Assembly (NCBI RefSeq): GCF_039654945.1
Contig: NW_027361982.1
Span: 930,001-994,000, forward strand
Reading direction: 5' to 3'
DNA: 64,000 bases
Origin: Dendrobates tinctorius
Taxonomy: Eukaryota
This document shows, one piece after another, positions 22,301 to 35,359 of this stretch; the first letter of the stretch is position 1; each line of letters opens with the position of its first letter. The notes under the pieces were generated by a model. It saw nothing but the letters and a program-made list of their open reading frames with translations, was not told the origin of the DNA and searched no databases. The position numbers and the translations under genes are program-made.

Positions 22301-25300
22301 GAAGAACAAAAGCAATATGTCCTGCAAGTTGTAAGCAAATGCCGAGCATTATATTCTGACGTTTCAAAAACTACTTTAACAAAAGCTCTAGAATAGATTA
22401 GATAACTATGTAAAATTATCAACTCATGTAGGTTAGCGTGCTCTGATGGTTCATCTGTGCTACTGAGCAATTTATTAGCCATTAACAACTTTTCATTGTC
22501 TGTAATGGTGGGATCAAAAAACGATAATCCCACCAACTCTGCATTCAAATACCACAAATGGTTCGAAAATTTGGTCAGGGCTATTTCTGCAATGTTGTCA
22601 CATTCTTTATAGTCTAACAGACTATGCAAAATACCTAAATCTTAAAATACCTCAATTTGGATTTTTTCAAACTTTGAGCGACGAGCGGCACGGGTTAACG
22701 TCGTTTGATCGAGCTCAAATTTTGGCACTCTCAATATCTGGAAAGGGGAATCGTTTTGTGGGGTCCAGACGGACAAAATTCCGACATTTTTTTACCCCCC
22801 ATATGAGATCCGGTCACCCTAGTGTACAGCCTCCTCTCGGCTACCTCTGTATATGGTGTACAGCCTCTCCGCTACCTCTGTATATGGTGTACAGCCCCCC
22901 CCTCCGCTACCTCTGTATATGGTGTACAACCCCCTCCGCTACCTCTGTATATGGTGTACAACCCCCTCCGCTACCTCTGTACATGGTGTACAACCCCCTC
23001 CGCTACCTCTGTATGTGGTGTACAGCCCCTCGGCTACCTCTGTATGTGGTGTACAGCCTCCTCTCGGCTACCTCTGTATGTGGTGTACAGCCTCCTCTCG
23101 GCTACCTCTGTATATGGTGTACAGCCTCCTCTCGGCTACCTCTGTATATGGTGTACAGCCTCCTCTCGGCTACCTCTGTATATGGTGTACAGCCTCCTCT
23201 CGGCTACCTCTGTATATGGTGTACAGCCCCTCGGCTACCTCTGTATGTGGTGTACAGCCTCCTCTCGGCTACCTCTGTATGTGGTGTACAGCCTCCTCTC
23301 GGCTACCTCTGTATATGGTGTACAGCCTCCTCTCGGCTACCTCTGTATATGGTGTACAGCCTCCTCTCGGCTACCTCTACATTATTTTCATTATAGTGGG
23401 TGAAAAAAATTTTGAAATAATTTACGCTGCAGATGTAAAATGTCTAAATCTGCACGGAAAAAATAAGCAACGTGTGCATTAGAATTCAGAAATTGAATTC
23501 ACTTTGCAAACACCGTAAAATACAGATTTTTTAAAAAAAAATTTATCCGAGGTAAAAGCTCTTCGTGTAAATATTGGCTAATACTTTGCTGACGTCTCCT
23601 TTTGACTTTCTGAAATAATTCCTTTTTTTTTTTTGGGTCGGGTCTATCAGTGCGGCATGTATAGATCTTTGCCGGCTCCTCCTTGCATTCGTACTACATC
23701 TGTCAGATAAATGGGAGCATCTCCTGTGTACAGCGCCCTCTTCAGGTCGCCACAGATTGCCACTTGGGTTTAGTACTGGGCTCAGGTTCGTACGTTCAGA
23801 ATTTCCATCTTCTTTTGGTGATTTGGAGGTCACATAGGGTCATTGTTGTGCTGAAAAAAATGAAGTTCCTCTTCATCTTCATTTTTTTTTTTTTTTTAGC
23901 TGGGGCCTGAAGATAAAATTCACTGACATTTGGGACAGTTCATGATTCTCTCCATCTTGACTAAAGCCCCAGTTCCAGCTGCCGAAGAACAACCCCAGAG
24001 CTCACTGCTGCCTCCACCATGCCTCACTGCTCCCTCTTGGTCTTATCAGACATAACTTATTCCCCACTTGATTTTAGAAGCTATTTTTTTTAAAAATAGC
24101 AAAAACCTGACATTTTATCAAGGGTGTGTAGACTTTTATATCCACTGTATATGATATACACATCACTTTATTGCGTCTATATATTACAGCATATGCCAAG
24201 GTTTTAGGCAGGTGTGGCGAAAATGCTGCAAAGAAGTTCTAAAAAATAGACGTGAGAATAGTTTATTTTCATCATTTTATTACTTCTTTACTCACTTATC
24301 TATCTCCGGTATTTCCACAATGCTTTATAGACATCGTCACTGTCCCCGATGGGGCTCACAATCTAAATTCCCTATCAGTTTGTCTTTGGAATGTGGGAGG
24401 AAACCGGAGAACCCGGAGGAAACCCACGCAAACACGGGGAGAACATACAAACTCCCTGCAGATGTCCTTAGTAGTGGGATTTAAACCCAGGACCCAAGCG
24501 CTGCAAAGCAACAGTGTTAACCACTGTGCCACAGTTGTTAACCGTATAGTGTTAACATCTGAGCCACAATACAATTGTAACCACTTAGTCACCATGTTGC
24601 CCTTAAAATGTAAAGTGAATGAAGAAACAAGAAATGCCAATCCCATCATTATCCGGTGACTGCTCGTCGCCTCCATCATTTCTTCTTGTCACTTATAAAC
24701 AATGACTATTTCCACCTTCTTATGAGAATAATGATCATTATCACCTTTCTGGTATAATTGTTAAGTAATACACTTGGCGAGAGGCGCTCCCCAGGTGCTG
24801 ATGGCGGTGGTCGACGGGCGCTCCCCAGGTGCTGATGGCGGTGGTCGACGGGCGCTCCCCAGGTGCTGATGGCGGTGGTCGACGGGCGCTCCCCAGGTGC
24901 TGATGGCGGGGGTCGACGGGCGCTCCCCAGGTGTTGATGGCGGGGGTCGACGGGCGCTCCCCAGGTGCCATCGGTGGGGGCGACGGGCATTCCCCGGGTG
25001 CTGATGACTGTTACGTTTTTCTTTTCTTCAGTCACTTAAAGGGAATCTGTCACCCCATTTTTCGCTTATCAGCTGCCGGCACCGCCATCAGCAGCTTAGC
25101 TACGGCATTCGATATTGCTGTAGATAAGCCCCTGATGTAACCTGAAAGAGAAGAAAAATGAGTTATATTATACTCACCCCAGGTCCGATTTTGGTCCGAT
25201 GGGTGTTGCGGTCCGGTGCCTCCCTTGTAGCGATGACGTCCTCTTTGCTTCCTGTTGCGGCTCCGGCGCAGGCATACTTTATCTGCCCTGTTGAGGGGAA

Positions 25301-28112
25301 AGCAGAGTACTGCAGTGCGCAGGCGCCAGACCAGGTCAGAAAGGTCCAGCGCCTGCACACTGCAGTACTCTGCTTTCCCCTCAACAGGGCAGATAAAGTA
25401 TGCCTGCGCCGGAGCCGCGACAGGAAGCAAAGAAGAGGACGTCATCGCTAGAAGATGGGAGGCGCCAGACCGGACCGCGACACCCATCGGACCCGGACCG
25501 CCCCCAGGTGAGTATAATCTAACTCGTTTTTCTTCTCTTTCAGGTTACATCGGGGGGGGGGGCTTATCTATATAGTAACATAGTTTTGAAGGCTGAAGGA
25601 AGACCTTATGTCCATCTAGTTCAGCCTATTTTTAGTGCAGCTGTTCTGCATTGTTGATCCTGGGGAAGGCAAAAAACCCACAGAGTAGAAGACAATTTTC
25701 TCCATAGGGAAAAAAATTCCTTCCCCCTAAGCTGGGTCAACCATCTACCTATAATATTCTGTTATTCGTAACCTTCTATATTGTTACTCACAAGAAAAGC
25801 ATCCATTCCTTTCTTAAATTCATTCAGTGAGTTGGCCATCACCACTTCCTCAGGAAGAGAATTCCAGAGCCTCACTGCTCTTACCGTGAAGAACCTTCTT
25901 CTATGCTGGTGCAGAAATTGTCTTTCCTCCAAACGAAGAGAATGCCCCCTTGTTTTTGTCATAGTCCTTGGTACAAACAGTTCATTGGAGAGATCTCTGT
26001 ATTGCCCTCTGATATACTTGTACATATATATTAAGTCCCCCCTAAGTCTTCTCTTTTCTAGAGTAAATAGACCTAATTTTGATAACCTTTCTGGGTATTG
26101 TAGTGAACCAACTCCATTTATCATTTTAGTAGCCCGCCTTTGAACCCTTTCAAGTTCAGTAATGTCTTTCTTGAGCACCGGCGTCCAAAATTGCACACAA
26201 TACTCCAAGTGTGGTCTGACGAGTGATTTGTACAGAGGGAGAATTATGTTTTCATCTCGTGTCCCCAGACCTCTTCTAATGCATCCCATGACCCTATTTG
26301 CTTTGGTGGCAGCTGCCTGACACTGGGCACTCCAATTTAGCTTCTTATTGACTAAGATGCCTAAAGGGCATGTCACACTAAGAGATATCGCTAGCAATAT
26401 CGCTATAACTTGTGACGTTATAGCGATATTGCTAGCGATATCTCTGTGTCTGATACTTACCTCCGACCGGCTCCCCTGCTGGTTATCGCTGATCGCGCGA
26501 GAACGTTCAGGACTGTTTCTCGTCGTCAGCTTCCTGTGGCGCTTCCTGCTGTGAGGACGAGCGACGCGTGGAGCCGGGCGGGAGAACGCAGGATCGCCTG
26601 GTGTGACAGGTAAGTAGCGACCCCCGTCCCCAGCGATGTCGCTGGTGAGATCTGCCTGTGTGGCAGCTCACTAGCGACCACTTAGCGATGTACCAGCGAT
26701 CCTGACCGCGTCATATCGCTGGTCGGGATCGCTGGACATCGCTAAGTGTGACAGTACCTTAAGTCTTTTTCCATGTCTGATTTCCCCAGCAGTTTCCCAT
26801 TTAGTAAGTAATTGTAGCATCTGTTTCTCCTTCCCATGTGCATAACCTTACACTTATCTGTGTTAAACCTCATTTGCCATTTTTCAGCCCAATTCTCCAA
26901 TTTACTCAAATCTGTCTGTAGTTGCAAACTGTCCTCCTTTGTGTTAACGACCTTACAGAGTTTTGTATCATCTGCAAATACTGATATTTTACTGTGTAAG
27001 CTATCCACTAGATCATTAATAAATATATTAAATAGTAGGGGGCCCAATACAGAACCCTGTGGTACCCCACTAGTAACCCTGGCCCAATCTGAGTATGCCC
27101 CATTAATAACCACTCTTTGTTTTCTATCACTAAGCCAGCTACCTACCTGTAGCTAAGCCCCTGATGATGGTGCCGGCAGCTGATAGTTCACAAATGTGGT
27201 GACAGATTTCCTTTAACATTTTGTTAATTGATAATAGATTATTTATCACTTCTATGTATGAAGTTTCTTACTCATCAGCATTTCCACCTGCCTAACACTT
27301 TTGCACAGCGCTGTACCTCTTCTATAGATGTTATTTTTTTCTGGTTGTCCCTCTTTCCGCAGATCCGCTTCATCCTTATCCAGAATCGCGCCGGTAAGAC
27401 TCGCCTGGCCAAGTGGTACATGCAGTTTGATGACGATGAGAAGCAGAAGCTCATAGAGGAGGTCCACGCCGTGGTGACCGTCCGCGACGCCAAGCACACA
27501 AACTTTGTGGAGGTAAGAAGTGCGCGGCGTAGACCCAGTGGTGCTGCTCTTCATCTTTTTATCTTCTGTCGCCATCTTTTTTTACATTTTCCCCCCCCCT
27601 TTTTTTTTTTTTCCCAGTTTAGGAATTTTAAGATTATTTACCGTCGCTACGCCGGCCTCTACTTCTGTATCTGTGTGGACGTGACCGACAATAACCTGGC
27701 CTACCTAGAAGCTATCCACAACTTTGTAGAGGTGAGGTTTTTGGGGCCTCAGTGACCTACTTGTATTGCTGTGCGTCGGGGGCGGAGCCTCGGTGATTTT
27801 CTTCATCCTCCATCTTGTATTTCGCTGTCGGTGCCTTGGTGACTCTCCTTGCACTCCATCTTGTTTCCTAGGTGCTGAATGAATACTTCCACAATGTCTG
27901 TGAGTTGGATTTAGTCTTTAACTTCTATAAGGTGAGTCCATACGTCTCTGTTCTGCCCAATTGCTGTGCTGCCCTCGGCCCGTGCCTCACGCACTCTCCA
28001 CTTCCCCCAGGTGTACACGGTGGTGGATGAGATGTTTCTGGCCGGTGAGATTCGGGAAACGAGCCAAACCAAGGTTCTCAAACAGCTGCTGATGCTACAG
28101 TCCCTGGAGTGA
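19365..28112 (+). CDS. ap2s1: AP-2 complex subunit sigma, 142 aa; exons 19365-19367 (ATG only), 27363-27512, 27618-27731, 27872-27931, 28011-28112
   Basis: [39 protein letters not shown]...[16 protein letters not shown]...[20 protein letters not shown]...LLMLQSLE*. All introns are GT-AG. Exons total 3+150+114+60+102=429 nt. AATAAA at 28256. Confidence 0.97.
19585..21841. repeat. ~32-bp minisatellite GCTACCTCTGTATGTGGTGTACAG(C)n, left array, in ap2s1 intron 1
   Basis: Direct tandem repeats with a variable poly-C linker. Confidence 0.97.
21842..22821. mobile_element. hATm-like deletion derivative with an internal fold-back duplication
   Basis: TIR TAGGGTGACCG/CGGTCACCCTA and TSD GTGTACAT/GTGTACAG. 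Transposase remnants [19 protein letters not shown] and [15 protein letters not shown]. Inverted arms at 21863-22219 and 22434-22787. Confidence 0.8.
22822..23378. repeat. Same minisatellite, right array (CCTCCTCTCG linker variant)
   Basis: Tandem GGCTACCTCTGTAT(A/G)TGGTGTACAGCCTCCTCTC. Confidence 0.95.
23900..24150 (-). mobile_element. Tc1-like remnant
   Basis: Tc1-type terminus ...GGGTGTGTAGACTTTTATATCCACTG-TA and transposase-like antisense sequence. Confidence 0.5.
24305..24535 (-). mobile_element. tRNA-derived V-SINE-like element
   Basis: On the minus strand there is an A box TGGCACAGTGG, a B-box-like GGTTTAAATCC, and a V-domain-like GAGTTTGTATGTTCTCCCCGTGTTTGCGTGGGTTTCCTCCGG. Confidence 0.75.
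24783..25005. repeat. 34-bp GC-rich minisatellite (GGCGCTCCCCAGGTGCTGATGGCGGTGGTCGACG)
   Basis: About 6 tandem copies. Confidence 0.9.
25573..27147 (-). mobile_element. 5'-truncated CR1 (RT C-terminal half)
   Basis: [21 protein letters not shown]...FADDTKL...[13 protein letters not shown]...[14 protein letters not shown] on the minus strand. Confidence 0.92.
26365..26759. mobile_element. PIF/Harbinger-type MITE inserted in the CR1
   Basis: TAA TSD and TIRs AGGGCATGTCACACT/AGTGTGACAGTACCT. Removing it restores the CR1 frame (EKDLGILV). Confidence 0.8.
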
Positions 28113-29659
28113 CTCCGCCTCTTGTCATGTGACTACATTCCATCCTGTGTACACGCCCCCGGACCTCCCCTGCTGTGCTGACCCCGCCCCCACTCTGCTC
28201 AACATAGACAAATGGACTTCGTTTTTCTTTTTTGTACATTCTAAGTGTGAAAACAAATAAAATGTAACAAATGTGAATGAGGCACGGTCACTTGTTATAC
28301 CCACCGGGCAGGGGTGGGCGGCACGGTCACTTGTCATACCCACAGGGGAGGGGTGGGCGGCACGGTCACTTGTGATACACCTGGGGGAAGGGGAGGCAGC
28401 CCAGTCACTCGTCATAACCCCGGGGGGAGGGGTGGACGGCCCAGACACTCGTCATAACCCCGGGGGGAGGGGTGGACGGCCCGCCGGTCACTCGTCATAA
28501 CCCCGGGGGGGGGGAGGGGTGGACGGTGACAAGATCATACCCATGGGAGGGAAAGTGTCCTGGTCAAACGTCATTTTGGGGGCAGATGAAGTGGCAGGAT
28601 GAGATGACAGTGTGGGATAGGCGATGTGTCAGGGGCGTGGATCTGCGTTGCACTGATGATCGTGCATCTGTTTTTCCACTTTTTTTTTTTTTTTTATATA
28701 TATAAATATCAGAGGGATTCCGGCCGTTCACGAGTCTCGGCCATGGAGGCAATGAGGATATTCACTTTGCTCTGCCTGTTATTTGCTACCTGTAGTAAAA
28801 AAAAAAAAAAAAAAAAGTATTTTCTGTCTTAAAAATAATCATGTCTCCATCTTACCCTATTCACTGTAGTCAATCTAACATTCCAAACAAGAGGTGCTGC
28901 AATGTAAAGCATGGGGGAAAATGTGCATCCTAATGGTCTGCTGAGAATGCTTGCAGTTGAGCTGGAGTTACTGATCAGCGCGGTGTCGGATGGGTGGGGG
29001 TCCTGCAGCTTGGACATAATGTGCTGCTGTAACGTTGTAGGATGTGAGTTTTCCTTTAACTCATCTGGGATCTGGAGGATGAAAATCCAATTACATCTTA
29101 TAATCGCTCAGGTCCTAAAATCCCATCAGGCGGTTTGGGGTTTAACCCCCTTTTGACCGCCCACTACTTTCCTGCCCTGGATTAGCAGCCTGCGGCTCTG
29201 TGAGCTCCCTGCAGTCATCATGGGATACAATGGGGAAGGACCATTTATAGGGATAACGCCACATAAATCTGTTTAATGACCGGCAAATCTCCTTATAGTG
29301 ACTGTGTGTGCTGACCGTCCGGAGACGGCAATGATTAATTCACACTGGCCAAGAAGCCACGAGTTCTGTTACTCTGGAAGCCACGAGTTCGATTACTCTG
29401 CTGCCTAAGAAGTGTTGTAAGGAAATAATTTTGCTGATCTCCTGGAATCAGGGCAGGAGGAAACTGGAGGATTTCCTGTTTTTCTGGTAATTTCCAGCCA
29501 AATTCATAATTTGTAATTGCTGTTCTACCTCAAGCGTCCACTGTGGGGCGATAAAGCATAACAATCTGAAATTTGTGTATTCCAATCAAGCGCGATCCCC
29601 CAATGTATCTAAGTCCAATAACTACTGCTATAACCGCACAGATCACACTGGCAACAGTG

Positions 29660-30960
29660 CAACAATACTGCCCCCTATGTACAAAAATATAACTGCTATA
29701 ATACTGCTCCCTCTATGTACAAGAATATAACTACTATAATACTGCCCTCTATGTACAAGACTATAACTACTATAATACTGCTCCTATGTACAAGGATATA
29801 ACTACTATAATACTGCCTCCTATGTACAAGAATATAACTACTATAATACTGCTCCTATGTACAAGTATATAACTACTATAATACTGCTCCTATGTACAAG
29901 AATATAACTACTATAATACTGCTCCTATGTGCAAGAATATAACTACTATAATACTGCTCCTATGTACAAGAATATAACTACTATATAATACTGCTCCTAT
30001 GTGCAAGAATATAACTACTATAATACTGCCCCTATGTACAAGAATATAACTACTATAATACTGCTCCTATGTACAAGTATATAACTACTATAATACTGCT
30101 CCTATGTACAAGTATATAACTACTATAATACTGCCCTCTATGTACAAGACTATAACTACTATAATACTGCTCCTATGTACAAGGATATAACTACTATAAT
30201 ACTGCCTCCTATGTACAAGTATATAACTACTATAATACTGCCTCCTATGTACAAGAATATAACTACTATAATACTGCTCCTATGTACAAGAATATAACTA
30301 CTATAATACTGCTCCTATGTACAAGTATATAACTACTATAATACTGCTCCTATGTACAAGAATATAACTACTATAATACTGCTCCTATGTGCAAGAATAT
30401 AACTACTATAATACTGCTCCTATGTACAAGAATATAACTACTATAATACTGCTCCCTGTGTAAAAGAATATAACTACTATAATACTGCTCCCTGTGTAAA
30501 AGAATATAACTACTATAATACTGCCCCTATGTACAAGAATATAACTACTATAATACTGCTCCCTGTGTACAAGAATATAACTACTATAATACTGCCCCTA
30601 TGTACAAGAATATAACTACTATAATACTGCTCCCTATGTACAAGAATATAACTACTATAATACTGCCCCCTATGTACAAGAATATAACTACTATAATACT
30701 GCCCCCTATGTACAAGAATATAAGTACTATAATACTGCCCCCTATGTACAAGAATATAAGTACTATAATACTGCCCCCTATGTACAAGAATATAAGTACT
30801 ATAATACTGCCCCCTATGTACAAGAATATAACTACTATAATACTGCCCCCTATGCACAAGAATATAACTACTATAATACTGCTCCTATGTACAAGAATAT
30901 AACTACTATAATACTGCTCCCTGTGTACAAGAATATAACTACTATAATACTGCTCCCTAT
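29660..30960. repeat. ~35-bp AT-rich minisatellite (TATGTACAAGAATATAACTACTATAATACTGCTCC)
   Basis: Several dozen tandem copies. Confidence 0.97.
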
Positions 30961-31959
30961 AATGCGGCTTCCCATGTGTGAGAAGATAACCAGGGTTCTC
31001 TTCTTCTCCATTGGTGACTCCTCGCTTTTCCTTTTTTGTGGTATAACGGTGACTCAGCATCTTCTGTTTATCCCATGAAGAAGACTTCTTAGTTACAATA
31101 TAATGGCTTCTCTTGTGTTCTGTATTCTTCACCCTTGTGGAGCACACTGCCTTGTAACCCTTTCAACTCCAGATGCGTATTAAACAGCAGGTGACGGGTT
31201 AATCCTGGGCGACATTATTGTAACTGACACTCTCTGCCTCCTGCCAGTTACATGGGACATTTTGTGGGCAGCATATTGGGCACCTGCTGGTGCTGTCCCG
31301 TTCCTCTATGATCATTGCTGTCCGTCCTCCCGGTGATCAGTGCCCGGACTCTGGGAAGACATTTTGGCTGCATTCCTCGAGGGATCAGCGGCGGCTCCTC
31401 AGCACCAGGACGCAGATCCTGTAACTGAGCCGGCGGTTGCATCAGATCCTATACGCTGCAGTGGGAGGAGGGGAGGATGCCGAGGCGCCATCAGGTGTAG
31501 ATATCCTCACACTGCGTCACAGTCAGGTTTCCTGACGAGCCGCCACGTCTTGGTGACCTCGCCCGGCACTCGTTCTACGCCCTCAAACTGCACTTATATT
31601 GACATTCACTGTTTGCATATATCTTGGCATCCTTAGGAGTGGCTGTAAGGCGTGAACATATGTGCGTGCATGCACAGCAGCTGGGAACTGGAGATACATT
31701 GCAACGAACCCTCAGCTCTATAAGCATGACTTGAAAGGGTAGTCCAGTTTCATGAAAAAAATGCAAAATGAAGACAAGGCCGCATATAGTGTAAAATCAC
31801 AAAACAGACAAAATAAACATCATACCGTATACGCCGCGCACACATTATGTATGGAGAGACGTGCTATGTACTCTGTACTGCAGGCCACAGTGTGACCTTG
31901 GTGATCTCAGTGGTGGTGGGTTGAGGCTTTATAAATGAGGGCACTCAGGTGTCTAATGG

Positions 31960-32370
31960 AGCGCATGTGTCGGGAGTGAGTGCAGGGTGTCTGGTCTCTG
32001 GACGGGGTGCAGGGTGTCTGGTCTCTGGACGGAGCACATGTGTTGGGAGTGAGTGCAGGGTGTCTGGACGGAGCGCAGGGTGTCTGGACTCTGGACGGAG
32101 CGCAGGATTTCTGCACTCTGGACGGAGCGCAGGGTGTCTGGACTCTGGACGGAGCAAAGGTTTCGGGAGAGTGCGCGGGTGTCTGGAGGGAGCTCAGTTG
32201 TCTGGACTCTGGAGGGAGCGCAGGTGCCTGGACTCTGGGGGGGGAGCACAGGTGCCTGGACTCTGGGGGGGGGAGCGCAGGTGTCGGAAGGGATCGCAGG
32301 TGTCTAGACTCTGGAGGGAGCGAGCGCAGGCGTCGGGAGTGGGTGCAGGTGTCCGGACTCTGGAGGGAGC
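31960..32370. repeat. Degenerate minisatellite (GGAGCGCAGGGTGTCTGGACTCTGGAC)
   Basis: Diverged tandem copies. Confidence 0.8.
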
Positions 32371-32749
32371 ACTTCCACCTCCTTTCATGTTAAGTGTCGT
32401 CATCAATACATTGTTCTCTTGTCACATCCTGTACTCTCAGTTCTGCTGTAATGAGGTGTGACCTCTCTGGGTGATCTCCACATTCCTGCCAGTCACATAC
32501 GTCCTGCGGGATCTGGCCTATACCGATAGTGGAGGACTGCCTGTACATGTGCCACCCCTGCTGTGATGGTGGAGGATTCACCATGCACGCATGCTCCGAT
32601 CCAAGTGCGGGTGGCAGTGCCAGTCATTGAGATGCAAGACTTATTGGGATTTTCTGTGATACAACACAAAGTATCAAGTGTTTGATGTGTAAAGGAAATG
32701 TTACAGGGTTTACTAATTCATTTAAAAAATATAAATCTGAACATTGTTC

Positions 32750-34124
32750 GGTACATTTATATTGAGTCCCTGAGTCAGTATTTTGTACGACCACCTTTCT
32801 CTGCAGGATTTTGGGGTCTGTCTCTCCAGCTTTGCACATCTAGAGGTGACATTTTGCCCCTTCTTCCTTGCACACTCGCTCTCGAGTGGATGGAGACCCC
32901 TGTGATCAGCAATTTTCACGTCTTGTCAAAGATTCTCCAGAATTTGGGCCTGGACTGTGACTGGGCCACTCAGACACACAAGAATATGCTCTGATCTAAA
33001 CCCTCCATTGTAGCTCTAGCAGGATGTTTGGGGTCGTTGTTCTGCTGGAAGGTGAACCTAAGCCCCAGAGCTCAAGTTTTCTGCAGGCTCTAACAGGTTT
33101 TCCTCCAGAATCTGCCCTGCATTTAGCTCTATCCATCTTCCTATAATCTCTGACCAGCTTTCCTGCCCCTGCTGAAGAAAAGCCTCCCCATAGCGTGATG
33201 TTGCAACCACCATGTGTGACAGTGGGTATGGTGCTTTTTGGGGGATGTGCAGTGCTAGTTTTCTGCCACACATAGCATTTTGCACTTAGCCCAATAAGTT
33301 CTCCTTTGGTCTCATCTGACCAGAGCACCTTTTTCATGTTCGCTATGTCCCCTTCATGGCTTTTTGCAACTAGCAATGGGACTCATGATCACTTTCAAAT
33401 ATGTCTTTCTTCTTGCCATTCTTCCTTAAAGCACAGATTTGTTATTTATACAACTAATCGTTGTCTTGTGGACAGATTCTACCCCCTGAGCTGTGGATCT
33501 TTTCGGCTCATCCAGTGACCATTGGTTACTTGGCTGGTTCTCTATTGTTCTCATTGCTTGGAATGTCAGTTTGGTGGACGGCTGTGTCTTGGTGGGCTTG
33601 CACTTGTGCTAAACTACTTCCAATTTTGGATGATTGATGCTTTGTAAAATGTTCTGAGATTGGGTTATTTTGTATAACCTAACCCTGCTTTACTCTTCTC
33701 CACAACTTTATCCCTGACCTGTCTGGTGGGCTCTTTGGTTTTCATGATGCTGTGTAATCCCTAATGTTCTCACACAAACCTCTGTGGTCTTCACAGAACA
33801 GCTGTGATTATACTGAGAACAAATGACACTTGGGTGGACGCAATGTAGTAATTATGTGACTTCTGGAGCGATTTGTCACTCAGGATTTTATTTAGGGGCA
33901 TCAGACCACAGGGAGCTGAATACAAATGAACGTCACAATTTTCAGATTTTATATATTTTTTTTTAATTTTTAGAAAACTCTGTATCATTTCCTTTATACT
34001 CGAGAAATACTTTTTGTTGGCGTTACATAAAATGCCAATAAAATACATTTAAGTTTGTGGGTGTAACGTGAAAAGATGTGGGAAAGTTTACGGGGTATGA
34101 ATATTTTTTTTTCAAGACACAGTA
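32750..34124 (-). mobile_element. Degraded Tc1-family transposon
   Basis: Minus-strand [10 protein letters not shown]...[24 protein letters not shown] and FQQNNDPKH-like segments, frameshifted. Tc1-like terminus near 34090-34124. Confidence 0.8.
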
Positions 34125-35359
34125 TATTGTCTGATAGAACAAATTTTTGTTCATTTTGTCAGATTTTACCAGAAACACCAATGTCTCTCGGAGCATGAGA
34201 AGATTTCTCTGGCCCCTATGGCCGCCCTGTTACGTAATACGACCCCGTACTTGAGGCCTCGCTGCCGGGAAGCTCCTCATCTTCAGAGATGGCAGTGATG
34301 CCGGGAAGGTCATTTCAGCACTGCTCGTCAGAGGCTGGCGGGCGGTCAGCGACTATTTGCGGGCTGTGATGAGGGCGGCAGAAAAATAAACTACAGAACG
34401 TGTTTGTTTCTGCTATGGGGACCTCAGAAAGCGCCGGGCGCAGCTGCCCCATATCCGGAGATTTCCTTGCTGCAGCTGGGTTTGCAGCGTCTCGTGCTCC
34501 TGTTCATATAATCCAATCATAAGGCTTTGTTCTGCAATGTCAGCGTTTTGTCCTACGCCACGCTTTACGAGCTGGAAGGGATTACGTCTGCGCCGTGCTG
34601 CGGCCCGGATCTCCGGAGAACACCATAAATGGCGCCGACAGAAGGCAGCGGTGAGGATCTGTTACAGTGTGCCGCCTATAAGAACGCTGATCCTGCTGGG
34701 AGTTTGTTGCACTCATCAGACCATCAGGAATTCACTCTCGTTATGGGGTTAATAGGAGATTTAGCGGATGCCCAGGGTCTGGGTGTGGCTGTTCTCCTGC
34801 CCGGACCTGCCATGTTCTCTGCCAGAGGAATGAGAAGAGTTCAGAACTGGGGTAATGACGCCGTCGCCCCTCGCCTTTCCCTGAGAACGGACGTTTATTC
34901 TACTGTCAGGTCCTGGAAAAGCTGTGTGACATCCAGTATGGCCGGCCACCACCAGCTCAGAGCGTCATGGCGGTCAGTGTTACCACACATGATGATTCAG
35001 AGACGAGAGGATGAGATCTGACTCTCAGGAGAAGCCTCCAGAGTCATGTGGTCGCCGGGACTCGGGGGTCACACCTGTCACATCGTATGGAAACACTGAC
35101 ACATAAGGCAAGAGCTAGTGGTCATGTCATCATCTCCCACGTACATAATCAGCGGCCATTAATATCTGCTAATGACGAAGTGCGTGACCCCAGGAGTAAC
35201 CATGTACTCTCCAGCACGGACCCCGATATGCTGACCGCAATATACCGACCTCCCCTCTATATACTGACCTCAATATACTGACCCCAATATGCCAACACCC
35301 CGAATACTGACCCCCCCCCACTGCCAATATACTGACCCAAATATACCGACCTCCCCATG

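Larger units (their letters stand above)
25040..27212. mobile_element. Palindromic TTAA-targeting MITE (T2/Kolobok-like), split by a CR1
   Basis: TTAA-AGGGAATCTGTCACC ... GGTGACAGATTTCCT-TTAA, with a long internal inverted repeat centred near 25335. Confidence 0.8.

Noticed and set aside
19585-23378. CRISPR-like regular repeat (also 29660-30960 and 57785-59570)
   Set aside because: There are no unique spacers and no cas genes, and the context is eukaryotic. These are ordinary minisatellites.
24470-24535. Possible tRNA gene
   Set aside because: The A/B boxes belong to a SINE head followed by a V-domain-like body, and no complete cloverleaf is evident.
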